A DNA stretch of 60,525 nucleotides from Oculatellaceae cyanobacterium bins.114 (lineage in GTDB: Bacteria > Cyanobacteriota > Cyanobacteriia > Elainellales > Elainellaceae), in the NCBI GenBank assembly GCA_033764315.1, contig JANRJA010000049.1:1-60525 (forward strand), read 5' to 3'. The position numbers and the translations under genes are program-made. The stretch's first letter is position 1; each line of letters opens with the position of its first letter. Below are positions 49,757 through 60,390 of the stretch, piece by piece. Under the pieces are notes generated by a model, which was given only the letters and a program-made list of their open reading frames with translations, made no database searches and was not told where the DNA came from.

Positions 49757-50134
49757 TCACGAATCAGACTTCCGTTCTCCATATTCCATGCCGTTGGCTT
49801 CAGCATAGCGATTCATAAAGCGCATAAACCGCTCCCAATGATCGTCCTGCTGGATCTCAAACTTGCACTCAACCCGCACTAACTCATCGCCTTCTGGGCC
49901 ACCAAAGACAAATTGCACGGAGTCTGGCTCAATGCTGATTTCCCCTTCGCTATCGACCAGGCGCAACCCTTGAGCAAAGCGTTTGGTGTAGCTGTTAAAC
50001 CGCTCAATCGACTTTAGTTGTCTAAACATCAACAGCACAGAGCGAGTTCCGGTCGAGCGATTGCGCCGCAAACTAACATCGCTGAGTTCTTCAGGAATAC
50101 CTTCAAAAAAATAAATAAATGGAGTAGATGTCAT
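49757..50134 (-). CDS. psb28: Photosystem II Psb28-family protein (Psb28-2-like)
   Basis: WERFMRFMNRYAEANG motif. Confidence 0.88.
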   Translation of the reverse strand: MTSTPFIYFFEGIPEELSDVSLRRNRSTGTRSVLLMFRQLKSIERFNSYTKRFAQGLRLVDSEGEISIEPDSVQFVFGGPEGDELVRVECKFEIQQDDHWERFMRFMNRYAEANGMEYGERKSDS

Positions 50135-50309
50135 GAAAAATTAAAAAACTTAAAATTTAGTATACAAAATTACGAGACAAGGCAGAAGGAGAAACTGAAT
50201 GGGAACGTGCATAGGAGGGAGTGAGGAGACTCACGATATGAGAGGTGGGCTGTTAGCAATTGACGATTAGAACGTTAACACTCCTGATCAGCCGTCACCG
50301 AAAACCTGG

Positions 50310-51167
50310 TCATAAACATTGCAGAATGGTCCATGTTTCATCAAATTTCCTTTGTTGAAGTGAAGATTCACGAATCCAAAAATAGACCATTCCAACATCT
50401 CCCCACATAGAACCGATATCATCGTCAGAATCAACTTGAAATAACAATCTCCATTCTGATGCTCCCCCCTCTAATGCTTTTGCTAATGGATCTGCATATC
50501 CGCTTTCATCGCCGCAATATAATCCATGTGAAACAAGTTGGCATTTCATCTGCATGTCACCTTGTATGGCGTTAGCATGACCCAAAAGCTGATGCAAAGG
50601 CTTAGTTTGTGTAAACCTTTCTCTTACTTCATCAAATAGTTCTAAATAATTATCGACTTCTTGGTCAGCAAGACCCATTTGCTTGAATGCGGTAGAACCG
50701 TAAGCAGGTAGGGAGGGAACTCTATTGAACTCTAGGTAAAAAGGGTTAAGACATAACTCATCCATCTCCCAGTCTGCGGGCAAAACAGCTTGGGTCAGTG
50801 CGTCAGTCGTTGGGATATAAATAACTGCCGAACTACCTTGATGTTTGGGATCAAACCCCCAGGGTTGTTCAGTTATATCGTAGAAAAAATAGAGCATTCC
50901 AGAGTTAGGTAAAGTATGCTCCAAGTCACAAGCTGACAGCTCTGCACAGCTAATTTGAGCTAAGAAACCAAGAGGTTTACCCTGCCATTGCAACCAATTA
51001 AACTCTAATGGAACATCAGGTAAACCCCCTATTCGAGAAGCTCCAAGAATAGGGCTATCTGACCCTGATTTAGATATGTGAATAGCCGGGAGTGAGGCTT
51101 CTTCTATTTGGCTAGAGACATGCTCCAACCTATGCTTGGTTATCAACTGTTGAATTTGTTCTCTCAT
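50310..51167 (-). CDS. YwqG/DUF1963 family protein
   Basis: SRIGGLP, LAQI, GMLYFF, HQLLGH...Q and LLFQVDSD...WGDVG. Confidence 0.88.
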   Translation of the reverse strand: MREQIQQLITKHRLEHVSSQIEEASLPAIHISKSGSDSPILGASRIGGLPDVPLEFNWLQWQGKPLGFLAQISCAELSACDLEHTLPNSGMLYFFYDITEQPWGFDPKHQGSSAVIYIPTTDALTQAVLPADWEMDELCLNPFYLEFNRVPSLPAYGSTAFKQMGLADQEVDNYLELFDEVRERFTQTKPLHQLLGHANAIQGDMQMKCQLVSHGLYCGDESGYADPLAKALEGGASEWRLLFQVDSDDDIGSMWGDVGMVYFWIRESSLQQRKFDETWTILQCL

Positions 51168-51374
51168 TAATTATCTTTGTTCCGTTTGCCTTAAGAAACT
51201 ATGCTTTTATCACTTGCATAGTAGTCAATATTGAACTCTAAACAGCAACCTTGAAACTATGTTTTACCCAACAATGAAGCATTCAGAACTTTGCAATTTA
51301 ACCCTCCTCCCTATTATCTAACTCAACCCGCTCAGTTCAAACTCTTGTAAAGTGAGAGAAAACCGCTTTTACAT

Positions 51375-52094
51375 ATGTTGTCCTTGCTCCTTGCTTTTCC
51401 CTGGCTAGAGTCAGTGCCGCCCTTGTGGATGCAATTGCTGGTGGTTGCCATTTGGTTGGCAATTGTGGTGCTGTCAGCGGAAATCTTGCATCGGTTGCAG
51501 TGGGGTGATGGTGAACTCGTGCGAAAAGTGGTTCACATTGGTGTGGGTAATATTATTTTGCTGGCGTGGTGGTTACAGATACCAACCTGGTTGGGGGTGA
51601 GTGCGTCGGTGTTGTTTAGTACGATCGCTCTCTTGTCTTACCGAATTCCCATTCTGCCCAGTTTCAATAGCGTGGGGCGTAAGAGCTTGGGCACTTTCTT
51701 CTACGCAGTCAGTTTTGGCATTCTGATCGCTTGTTTTTGGCAGACTCAACCTCACTTTGCAATGTTAGGAATCCTGGTGATGACCTGGGGCGATGGGTTA
51801 GCTGCGCTGGTTGGGCGTCGCTGGGGACGGCATCTCTATAAGTTGTGGGACATGCAAAAAAGCTGGGAAGGCTCGCTGACAATGGGGGTTGCCAGTTTTG
51901 TAGTGAGTGGGCTGTTGTTGAGCATCCAGGGAGGGGGTTGGCTAGCTTGGGCGATCGCAGGCGTGATTGCGATCGCTGCAATGGGCTTAGAAGCTTTCTC
52001 TAAATATGGCATTGATAATTTGACCGTCCCGGTTGGCAGTGCGGCTCTCGCGTTTTGGCTTAGCACTATTTTTCAAATTGGGCTGTTAAGCTGA
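51375..52094 (+). CDS. Phytol/dolichol kinase family membrane protein
   Basis: RKVVHIG, GDGLAALVG, KSWEGS and DNLTVP. Confidence 0.88.
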   Translation: MLSLLLAFPWLESVPPLWMQLLVVAIWLAIVVLSAEILHRLQWGDGELVRKVVHIGVGNIILLAWWLQIPTWLGVSASVLFSTIALLSYRIPILPSFNSVGRKSLGTFFYAVSFGILIACFWQTQPHFAMLGILVMTWGDGLAALVGRRWGRHLYKLWDMQKSWEGSLTMGVASFVVSGLLLSIQGGGWLAWAIAGVIAIAAMGLEAFSKYGIDNLTVPVGSAALAFWLSTIFQIGLLS

Positions 52095-52126
52095 GAAGCG
52101 ATAATCTCAGCCAAACAGTTGTTGCT

Positions 52127-52708
52127 ATGTCCGCAGGGTCATTTGACAAGAACAGCATTTCGTGGCAATTCCAGCAAATGGGGCGATGGCTGCAAGAGTG
52201 GTTTGAGTTGCAGTTTGCCGATGCACCCGATTTGCCGACGACTACACCCCCCTCAGAGCGTCTGTTAGAAACTATTTTTTGGATTTTGGCAAGCGCGATC
52301 GCGGCTTGGCTGTTGTGGTATCTGGTGTTGTTTGTGCGAGCACTGATCCAAAGGATGCAGGTGCCGCAACCCCGGGTTGCAAGCCAGCGCACTAAACCTC
52401 CAGAGAGCCAGCCCGTGTCGGGTTGGTTACGGCAGGCGCAAGTGTTGCAACGGCAAGGGAATTATGCCCAGGCGTGTCGTGCGCTCTATATGGCGATGTT
52501 GCAGCGGTTAGAAGACACCAAACAACTGCCGCAACAAGCTAGCCGCACCGATGGAGAATATCTGCAAGTTGTGCAAACGTTTGCGAAACCCAATCCTTAT
52601 CAGGTGTTAATTTCCACGCATGAGCGGGTGTGTTTTGATAATGCGGCGATCTCATCAGAGACGTTTGACTATTGTCAACAAGCTTATCGGGAGATTGAAG
52701 CTCAATGA
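52127..52708 (+). CDS. DUF4129 domain protein
   Basis: A.RALY.A.L..L and SRTDGEY; MoxR cluster context. Confidence 0.82.
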   Translation: MSAGSFDKNSISWQFQQMGRWLQEWFELQFADAPDLPTTTPPSERLLETIFWILASAIAAWLLWYLVLFVRALIQRMQVPQPRVASQRTKPPESQPVSGWLRQAQVLQRQGNYAQACRALYMAMLQRLEDTKQLPQQASRTDGEYLQVVQTFAKPNPYQVLISTHERVCFDNAAISSETFDYCQQAYREIEAQ

Positions 52709-53841
52709 TTGCAAATCGTTCGCTCACAGCCTGGCTCAAAAATCGGTGGGTGATTTTAGGGGCGATCGCCCTTGTTGCCCTCATCTTGCTGACCGTGTTT
52801 GCAGCACCCAATAGCCCCCAAGCCAGTGGCTCTAGCTTTAGCCGTGCTCCTGATGGGTATGGTGCCTGGTATGCTTACCTGCAACAACAAGGCGTTCAAG
52901 TTGAGCGGTGGGAACGTCCCTATAAAGAGTTAGATACGGAGCTGCAAAAGCGAGGATTGCCTCCCGGCTCAGTCACCCTCATCCAAGTCACAACGGATGA
53001 CGTGTTGGCTCCGGAGTTAGATGTCAAAGCGTGGACGCAGCAAGGCAATCGCCTGATCATCTTGGGGTTTCGTGAACCAGCCACCCCGGTAAACTTTAGA
53101 ACGGTGCAAACCAGTCCAGGGGGAGCCGTTAAAGTTGAAACTCGTCGTCGTCGCAAACTTGAACAAGACGAACATCAACAGTTAGGTGACTCTTTTGGGG
53201 CAGTAGTTTGGCAAACCACGGCTGACAAGGGAGAGATTATCTTGACAACAACTCCTTTTTTAGCTGCAAATGCCTATCAAGACGAACCGGGCAACTTTAA
53301 GTTTTTGGCCGATCTGGCAACCGCTAAAGGAAACACAACCCTGTGGATTGATGAATACCTGCATGGTTACAAAGAAGCCGATGTCATTGTTGAAGAAATC
53401 GGGCAAACTTGGGGGGCATATCTAGCAAATACATCCCTTTTACCGCTGTTATTTCAGGCGATCGTATTACTGATGGTTTTGATTTGGGCAGGCAACCAAC
53501 GATTTGGCTTGCCTCTGCGTTTGACAACCCCCACTATGAACAACAGTCGGGCTTACATTGAGGCACTTGCAGAAGTGCTGCAAAAAGCCGAAAGTAGTGA
53601 ATTTATTGTGGATGTCATTGGCAAAGAAGAACAACTGCGGGTGCAAAAGGCTCTTGGCTTAGGCAATACGCTGCTCGATCCAACTAGTTTAATGGATGCC
53701 TGGACTACGCAAACAGGTCGCCCTGCCCATGAACTGCAACAAGCCTTGCACCCCTATTGGCAAAAGCGTCGTCTGCGCGAACCTGACCTCAAAATCTGGC
53801 TGAGTAAACTGCAAACGCTTCGGCAACATCTACCAACCTGA
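52705..53841 (+). CDS. DUF4350 domain membrane protein
   Basis: N-terminal TM, PDGYGAWY, IDEYLHG and QRFG; cluster context. Confidence 0.82.
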   Translation: MIANRSLTAWLKNRWVILGAIALVALILLTVFAAPNSPQASGSSFSRAPDGYGAWYAYLQQQGVQVERWERPYKELDTELQKRGLPPGSVTLIQVTTDDVLAPELDVKAWTQQGNRLIILGFREPATPVNFRTVQTSPGGAVKVETRRRRKLEQDEHQQLGDSFGAVVWQTTADKGEIILTTTPFLAANAYQDEPGNFKFLADLATAKGNTTLWIDEYLHGYKEADVIVEEIGQTWGAYLANTSLLPLLFQAIVLLMVLIWAGNQRFGLPLRLTTPTMNNSRAYIEALAEVLQKAESSEFIVDVIGKEEQLRVQKALGLGNTLLDPTSLMDAWTTQTGRPAHELQQALHPYWQKRRLREPDLKIWLSKLQTLRQHLPT

Positions 53842-53962
53842 CCGGCCACCTTAAAGTAAGGATACAGATTTAAATAGGGTGGCTAAAAAGCAGTGAAATA
53901 GATGAAGGTGTAAGTACTCCCTGACTGAATCATTAAACCCCATTCTTTCTCACCCCCCCTTT

Positions 53963-54910
53963 ATGACCGATAACGCTCTTTTTTCTCACCTCAGTCAAGC
54001 CCTCAATCAGGTTGTGGTTGGTCAATCGGGCTTGGTAAAGCAACTACTCGTTGCCCTGTTAACGGGGGGACACGTCATCTTAGAAGGTGTGCCTGGCACT
54101 GGAAAGACGCTGCTGGTCAAGGTAATGGCGCGACTGGTGCAAGCAGATTTTCGACGAATTCAATTAACCCCTGATATCTTGCCGGCTGATATTTTGGGAA
54201 CCAACATCTTTGATCTGAATACTCGTAATTTCACCTTAAAAAAGGGTCCCGTTTTTACTGAAATTCTCTTGGCGGATGAAATCAATCGTACCCCTCCAAA
54301 AACTCAAGCGGCGTTGCTAGAGGCGATGGAAGAGCAGCAAGTCACTCTAGATGGAGAAAGTCTGACCTTGCCTCCCCTGTTTTGGGTGATTGCTACGCAA
54401 AACTCTCTGGAATTTGAGGGCACCTATCCCTTACCTGAGGCACAACTCGATCGCTTCCTATTTAAGTTGTTTGTAGACTATCCCGATACTGCTGCTGAAA
54501 AGCAAATGCTCTTAAACAGTCAGGCTGGGTTTCAGGCAAAGCGGCTCGACCTGTCTCAGCTTAGACCTCTGGCAACCGTGGAGGAGATTTTGCAAGCTCG
54601 GCGTGCGATTCAAACGGTGCGAGTGCAAGATAATGTGTTGGATTATGTGTTGGCATTGGTACAGCGCACTCGTCACCATCAAGACTTGGCGTTGGGTGCC
54701 TCACCGCGATCGGCAGTGGCATGGTTGCAAACTAGTAAAGCCCACGCGTGGCTCTCTAATCGCGACTATGTGACTCCAGATGACGTTAAAGCCGTAGCTT
54801 CTCCCTTGTTACGACACCGTTTGATCTTACGGCCCGAAGCCCAACTTGACGGTTTAAAAATTGATGCCATTGTGGAGTCATTATTGACCCAGGTGCCAGT
54901 ACCTCGGTAG
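53963..54910 (+). CDS. moxR: MoxR family AAA+ ATPase
   Basis: EGVPGTGKT, LADEINR, EGTYPLPEAQLDRF and GASPR. Confidence 0.95.
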   Translation: MTDNALFSHLSQALNQVVVGQSGLVKQLLVALLTGGHVILEGVPGTGKTLLVKVMARLVQADFRRIQLTPDILPADILGTNIFDLNTRNFTLKKGPVFTEILLADEINRTPPKTQAALLEAMEEQQVTLDGESLTLPPLFWVIATQNSLEFEGTYPLPEAQLDRFLFKLFVDYPDTAAEKQMLLNSQAGFQAKRLDLSQLRPLATVEEILQARRAIQTVRVQDNVLDYVLALVQRTRHHQDLALGASPRSAVAWLQTSKAHAWLSNRDYVTPDDVKAVASPLLRHRLILRPEAQLDGLKIDAIVESLLTQVPVPR

Positions 54911-55142
54911 GCAAGAGTGAGGGAGAGACGCGATTAATCGCATCTGTACCCTTTGAAGGAGTAGTGAGCCGATAGTCAATGGTGAGTGATCAATGGGATG
55001 TAGTCTGTTGTTGGCTCACGATTAACGATTGACGATTAACCTTTCACCCTTTCACGCTTGGTTCTTTCCTTTTCATCCTTTACCCTTCTCTTTTCTTTTT
55101 TCTCTTTTCTTTTTTCCCTCTTCTCTCTTCCCTCTTCCCCCT

Positions 55143-56462
55143 ATGCTCCCTTCTCGACGTGCTTACGGTTTGTTGTTGCTGGGCATGGCGATCGCCCCCC
55201 TGATGACCTTGTTTTGGCAAGCAGAGACGCGCATGATGGCGTCGGTGTTGGGCATGGTGGTGTTTGATGGAGTAGTGTTGGCATTAGTGGCGATTGACGC
55301 CAGTCGAGTGAAAGGGCGACAGGTGCAGGTCAGCCGTCAACCCTTGCAACGGTTGTCGATTGGTCGAGACAATCCGGTGGTGTTATCGGTGCGATCGGGC
55401 GATCGCTCAGCACAGATCCAAATTCGCGACTATCATCCCCTGACTATTGCAGCGTCTACTTCGCAGTTACAAGCCCGGTTAGAGCCAAAGAGCACCGCAG
55501 AACTGACCTACAGTGTGCATCCAACCAAACGGGGTGAATATCAGTGGGGAGATATTCAAATTCGTCAGATGAGCCCGTGGCAGTTGGCATGGCATGACTG
55601 GAAAGTGCCCCAAGCTCAAACTGTGGCGGTTTATCCTGATTTGATTGGGTTGCGCGCCTTGTCGATTCGCCTGACGCTGCAATCAGCCGGAGCCATGCGA
55701 CAAGCTCGCCGATTAGGGATTGGAACTGAGTTTGCTGAATTGCGAGAATATGCAACTGGTGACGATCCCCGCATGATTGACTGGAAGGCAACGGCTCGTC
55801 GCAGTCGTCCTCTGATTCGAGTGTTAGAGCCAGAACAAGAACAAACGCTGATTATTCTTCTCGATCGGGGGCGATTGATGACGGCTCAAGTACAAGGCTT
55901 ATCGCGATTTGACTGGGGGTTAAATGCCACGCTGTCATTGGCAATGGCAGGGCTAAACCGGGGCGATCGCGTTGGGGTTGCGGTCTTTGATCGACAAATT
56001 CATACCTGGCTGCCACCCGAACGGGGACAACTGCAACTCTCTAAATTAATCGAACGGTTGACCCCTATTCAGCCTGAGTTGGTGGAACCCGACTACTTTG
56101 GAGCCGTGACCTCGTTGGTCAATCAACAAACTCGACGAGCATTAGTGGTGATGATTACCGATATTGTCGATGTCACCGCCTCTGCTGAATTGTTATCTGC
56201 TCTAGGACGGCTCACGCCGCGCTATTTACCATTTTGTGTAACCCTGCGCGACCCTGAGGTTGATCGGCAGGCACAGGCATTGACTCAAGATATTCCGTCA
56301 ACTTATGCCCGTGCAGTTGCCCTCGATCTGATTAACCAACGGCAAACCGCCTTTGCCCTGTTAAAACAGCGAGGAGCATTGGTGCTTGATGCTCCAGCGA
56401 GTCAAATCTCCGAGCAACTGGTAGATCGTTACTTGCAGATTAAGGCAAAGAGTCAGTTGTGA
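55143..56462 (+). CDS. DUF58 (VWA-like) protein
   Basis: EFAELREY..GDDPR.IDWKATAR; ATG at 55143 preferred over the pyrimidine-tract extension. Confidence 0.92.
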   Translation: MLPSRRAYGLLLLGMAIAPLMTLFWQAETRMMASVLGMVVFDGVVLALVAIDASRVKGRQVQVSRQPLQRLSIGRDNPVVLSVRSGDRSAQIQIRDYHPLTIAASTSQLQARLEPKSTAELTYSVHPTKRGEYQWGDIQIRQMSPWQLAWHDWKVPQAQTVAVYPDLIGLRALSIRLTLQSAGAMRQARRLGIGTEFAELREYATGDDPRMIDWKATARRSRPLIRVLEPEQEQTLIILLDRGRLMTAQVQGLSRFDWGLNATLSLAMAGLNRGDRVGVAVFDRQIHTWLPPERGQLQLSKLIERLTPIQPELVEPDYFGAVTSLVNQQTRRALVVMITDIVDVTASAELLSALGRLTPRYLPFCVTLRDPEVDRQAQALTQDIPSTYARAVALDLINQRQTAFALLKQRGALVLDAPASQISEQLVDRYLQIKAKSQL

Positions 56463-56561
56463 TAAAAGTGCTAATTGGGTGAGTGGGTGGAAACATGGGT
56501 GAATGTGATGATCATGTCATCCCATTCCCTACTCCCTAGGTGCTTTGTTGTAGTGTGAGAT

Positions 56562-57368
56562 TTAGTTTAACTCGTGAGGGCGTTGTGGCGATTGCTGTTG
56601 ATAGGCCAGATATACCCCCTCTAAAAATGTGTCAGGTGTGGTGTTTTCGGGCAGCTTTTCGAGGGTTAAGAGGGTTTTAACCTGACGCGCCAATTTTAGA
56701 CTCAGGCTCGATCGCCCCTGATCATGCATCGACGATCGGCGTTTCAAATATTCCCGCACTACGGCGAAGTCATCTGGCAACAAGAGCGACACATTCGCGT
56801 ACTGCAACAGGTAATCGGCAATGTCTTGAGCTTTGTCGGATGTGACCAGAGTGGTGGCAGCAACCGTTCTTTCTTCTTGAACGACAATAGTGCCTGCGAC
56901 CCAATCGCCCAAGCGTTTTTCTTGAGAACTCAGGATAATCATCCACACGCCAATCGAGAGAGCATCATCAACAGGACGCAACAGTGCCCGCAAGATGGCT
57001 TGTGGTAGCCGTGCTGGACGGCCATCATCTCGAATCACTCGAATTTTAGCCATTCGTTTGCCTGGGGTTTGTCCACGCCACGCTGTCTCAAACCCAACAA
57101 AATAACCAACCCAGACAAAGAAAACGAGCAAAGCCGCGATCGCCAGTAACCAGTTGGCTAAACCACTGTAATCAATTCTGAGGGTGTCTAAATATTTGAA
57201 TAACTGGTCTGAAAAGACCCACCACAGCAACAGTGATAGACCTAAAAAACACGACATGACCAGGTAATCGATCGCCAGTGCCAGTGCTCGATTGCCGATG
57301 CCTGCCAATGTAAACTCCAATTCAACGCTTTCTGGAGTCTGCAAAGTAATTCGGTTGAAGAAGCGCAT
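56562..57368 (-). CDS. RDD family membrane protein
   Basis: TPESVEL, R.LA..ID, GQTPGKR and KRLGD..AGT.V. Confidence 0.92.
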   Translation of the reverse strand: MRFFNRITLQTPESVELEFTLAGIGNRALALAIDYLVMSCFLGLSLLLWWVFSDQLFKYLDTLRIDYSGLANWLLAIAALLVFFVWVGYFVGFETAWRGQTPGKRMAKIRVIRDDGRPARLPQAILRALLRPVDDALSIGVWMIILSSQEKRLGDWVAGTIVVQEERTVAATTLVTSDKAQDIADYLLQYANVSLLLPDDFAVVREYLKRRSSMHDQGRSSLSLKLARQVKTLLTLEKLPENTTPDTFLEGVYLAYQQQSPQRPHELN

Positions 57369-57466
57369 AGGCTTAAGACGGGCGATTACAAAGACGAGTA
57401 AAACAACAGTCCCAACGTTCTATACTACGCTGACACTAACTCACCATCCTGCTAAATTCAAGAGCT

Positions 57467-58648
57467 ATGCGTCCGATCGTTGACATCATTCCCCTGCAAT
57501 ACCTTGCCTCTGGCGATCGCCTATCCCTGCAAGTCTATAAGTTTATAGGTGAGCATCCCGGTAAAAAGGTGTATATCCAATCCAATTTGCATGGCAATGA
57601 GTTGGCGGGCAATGCTGTGATTCATCAAGTGATGGAGTGGTTATCGCAACTAAAGGCAACGCAAGTTGAAGGAGAGATCTGGTTGGTGCCTGTGTGCAAC
57701 CCGGTGGGGGTCAATCAGCGATCGCTGCATTATGCCAGTGGTCGGTTTAGCCCCTATGATGGCGACAACTGGAACCGTATCTTTTGGAGTTATAAACCGT
57801 CTGAGACAGATCTGGTGGCGTTTGCTAAAGCCCATGCCGATCAAGACACTGCCACGATTGAACAGCACTATCGGCAACAGATTCAAGCCGCGTTTGCCAG
57901 GTTAAAAGACGAAGTTTATGCGGCGTCGGGTGTGCCCTTCTCTGAAAAATATCGCTACATCCTGCAATCGCTCTGTTTAGATGCCAACTATGTGATTGAC
58001 TTGCACACCTCTGTTGATTTTGGGGTGAGTTATGTCTACTACTTTCGCGATCGCCAACACCATGCGGCTCGGTTTGGCTTAGAGTGGTCAATCTTGCTCG
58101 ATTGGTATGATGGAGATGCCTTTGATGAGGCTTTTATTAAACCCTGGTTGGCGTTAGAGGCGTGTTTTGCTCAGTTAAATCAACCCCTGCATCTGGATGT
58201 TGAAGCTTATACCTGTGAGTTAGGGTCTGGAATGCAAATGGACTCCGACGCGATCGCCAGAGGGGTGAATGGCATCCAGCACTATTTAATTGATAAGGGA
58301 ATTGTGACTGAGGTAACTCCAGTGCGATCGCTGCCTCCGACTCAGTTTGCCAACCGCACTCAGATGCTACGCTATTACGCGCCTACAGGGGGCATCGTGC
58401 AAACACGAGTTGCTTTGGGTAGTCTGGTGCAAGCAGGCGATATTCTATATGAACTGCTGACCTTTAACAAAACAGGTGAACCTCCTCAAGCGATCGCCGT
58501 GCGAGCTGAACGAAAGGGATGGGTGTTTGACGTGGCAATCAATCACGCTGTCAACGAAGGGGAATATGTCTTGGGACTTGTTTTGCAGCCCACTGTGCAA
58601 AGCGATCGCCCAGATGCCACAACCCTACTCACATTCCCAACGGCATAA
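57467..58648 (+). CDS. Succinylglutamate desuccinylase/aspartoacylase (M14-like) family protein
   Basis: HGNE, VPVCNP.G, NWNR, IDLH and ELG. Confidence 0.88.
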   Translation: MRPIVDIIPLQYLASGDRLSLQVYKFIGEHPGKKVYIQSNLHGNELAGNAVIHQVMEWLSQLKATQVEGEIWLVPVCNPVGVNQRSLHYASGRFSPYDGDNWNRIFWSYKPSETDLVAFAKAHADQDTATIEQHYRQQIQAAFARLKDEVYAASGVPFSEKYRYILQSLCLDANYVIDLHTSVDFGVSYVYYFRDRQHHAARFGLEWSILLDWYDGDAFDEAFIKPWLALEACFAQLNQPLHLDVEAYTCELGSGMQMDSDAIARGVNGIQHYLIDKGIVTEVTPVRSLPPTQFANRTQMLRYYAPTGGIVQTRVALGSLVQAGDILYELLTFNKTGEPPQAIAVRAERKGWVFDVAINHAVNEGEYVLGLVLQPTVQSDRPDATTLLTFPTA

Positions 58649-58687
58649 TTAACTTATATGGACTACCCCCACTTCACCATTCCCATC

Positions 58688-59662
58688 ATGACCGATGATT
58701 TGCAATCTGATATTGATCTTGAGCGATCGCTCCTAGAGGGGTTAGAGCCGCTCATTCCTGTTGCCCCTCCCGGCTTTAAGTCGGGCTTTGTGGGGATCAT
58801 TGGTCGCCCCAATGTTGGCAAATCAACCTTGATGAACCAGTTAATTGGGCAAAAGATTGCTATTACTTCTCCGGTGGCTCAAACCACCCGCAATCGCCTG
58901 CAAGGAATTCTCACAACCCCAGAGGCCCAAATCATTTTTGTTGATACTCCTGGCATTCATAAGCCCCACCACCAACTCGGACAAGTTCTAGTCAAAAATG
59001 CTCAAATTGCCATTGATTCAGTGGATTTGGTGCTGTTTGTGGTGGATGGCTCAGTTGAAGCTGGAGGAGGCGATCGCTATGTGGCTGATTTGCTAATTCA
59101 AGCTCAAACCCCGGTGATTTTAGGGATCAATAAAGCCGATCAACAAACAGGTGAGGCTCAACTGCTTGATCACAGCTATGCAGTGTTGTCCGGCTCTCAC
59201 CAATGGACCACAATCAAATTCTCAGCACTCACCGGGACAGGATTAGACACCTTGCAAACGGCTCTGGTCGATCGCCTAGAACCCGGCCCCTATTACTATC
59301 CTCCCAATCTCGTTACCGACCAACCCGAACGCTTCATCATGGGCGAGCTAATCCGAGAGCAGATTTTGTTGCTGACCCGCGAAGAAGTACCGCATTCAGT
59401 GGCGATCGCCATTGATCGAGTCGATGAAGAGCCGGAGATCACTCGCATTCTCGCCACGATTCACGTTGAGCGTGACTCTCAAAAAGGCATTGTGATTGGC
59501 AAAGGTGGCAGCATGTTAAAGGCGATCGGCACTGCTGCCCGTCAGCAAATTCAAAAGCTAGTCATGGGAAAAGTCTATTTAGAACTGTTTGTCAAAGTGC
59601 AACCCAAATGGCGACAATCTCGCACTCGTCTAGCAGAGTTTGGCTATCGAGTGGAGCCGTAA
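58688..59662 (+). CDS. era: GTPase Era (start 58658 or 58688)
   Basis: GRPNVGKST, QTTR, DTPG, NKAD, EEVPH and a KH domain (VIGKGG). Confidence 0.97.
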   Translation: MTDDLQSDIDLERSLLEGLEPLIPVAPPGFKSGFVGIIGRPNVGKSTLMNQLIGQKIAITSPVAQTTRNRLQGILTTPEAQIIFVDTPGIHKPHHQLGQVLVKNAQIAIDSVDLVLFVVDGSVEAGGGDRYVADLLIQAQTPVILGINKADQQTGEAQLLDHSYAVLSGSHQWTTIKFSALTGTGLDTLQTALVDRLEPGPYYYPPNLVTDQPERFIMGELIREQILLLTREEVPHSVAIAIDRVDEEPEITRILATIHVERDSQKGIVIGKGGSMLKAIGTAARQQIQKLVMGKVYLELFVKVQPKWRQSRTRLAEFGYRVEP

Positions 59663-59767
59663 TATAGCTTTGGTCAGAAAGCTTACGGCAAAGGCAATGG
59701 CTCAAACCCTGATGCTGGGAAAGCTTTCTGACTCGCCTCCGCCTCATCGAATGTGGCTACGGCTATA
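59663..59767. repeat. TATAGC...GCTATA-bounded element with an internal palindrome
   Basis: GTCAGAAAGCTT...AAGCTTTCTGAC inverted repeat just after the era stop. Confidence 0.5.
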
Positions 59768-59828
59768 CCAACGTCAATATTGCGTCCTAAAGGGTTTACA
59801 AAAGTATCATTGAACGCGATGTACAACT

Positions 59829-59886
59829 GGTAGTCCTAAACAAGTAAGGATTCTTACTCAAAAATCATTACTTTTAGAGGGCTACC
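59829..59886 (-). mobile_element. MITE family B copy (inverted)
   Basis: Flanked by a perfect GTACAACT duplication (59821-59828 and 59887-59894). Confidence 0.88.
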
Positions 59887-59903
59887 GTACAACTTAGAGG
59901 GTT

Positions 59904-59969
59904 AGATCCCCGGTTGCTCGTTCAGCATCCTCAAAGTAATCTGATTTGCGTCACAGCAACCGGGGATCT
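59904..59969. repeat. Dispersed hairpin repeat, second copy
   Basis: AGATCCCCGGTTGCT...AGCAACCGGGGATCT. Confidence 0.7.
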
Positions 59970-60229
59970 GGGGAAAGTCCACATGAGGTTAGGGGAGGAA
60001 TATGCACAGAGATGCGACCCAAGAGACAAATATCTCGCTCAAAGGGACACTGTGCAGGAATAGTTTGGCAAATGAAGTGAGCGATCGCCCCATTGTTAAT
60101 CTCTATGCCGTTTAACCATTGACGGATAGGACGCAACCCATCGAATACAGGGATTCGAGACGGAGAAGGTTGAGTTAGAAGAAGAACAGGTTTGAGCAGG
60201 TGCAACATCGCTTCACCAGAAATATGCAT
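59951..60229 (-). pseudogene. Truncated 'Mo-dependent nitrogenase C-terminal domain' family gene
   Basis: LRPIRQWLNGIEI...IPAQCPFERDI...HIPPL then runs into the hairpin repeat and lacks the usual CKLNPLY continuation. Confidence 0.7.
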
Positions 60230-60390
60230 CGCTAAAGGTCGCTGTTCTATAGCTTAGTGATAAATTCAGCAAATTGAAATATAGTAATAACATAAATAAT
60301 CTTTATGTTATGTGATCTCTGCTTAACCCCTTTCCTCTGACTCTGCTGCTCCACTATGCACAACTTCTTGGGTTTACAGAGATGCTTTAT

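Noticed and set aside
55029..55142. Phe/Pro-rich N-terminal extension of DUF58 (similarly hypB 17510-17530)
   Set aside because: It is a translation of an intergenic pyrimidine tract
59951..60229. Evidence for nitrogen fixation
   Set aside because: The domain name is historical; no nif genes are in the window
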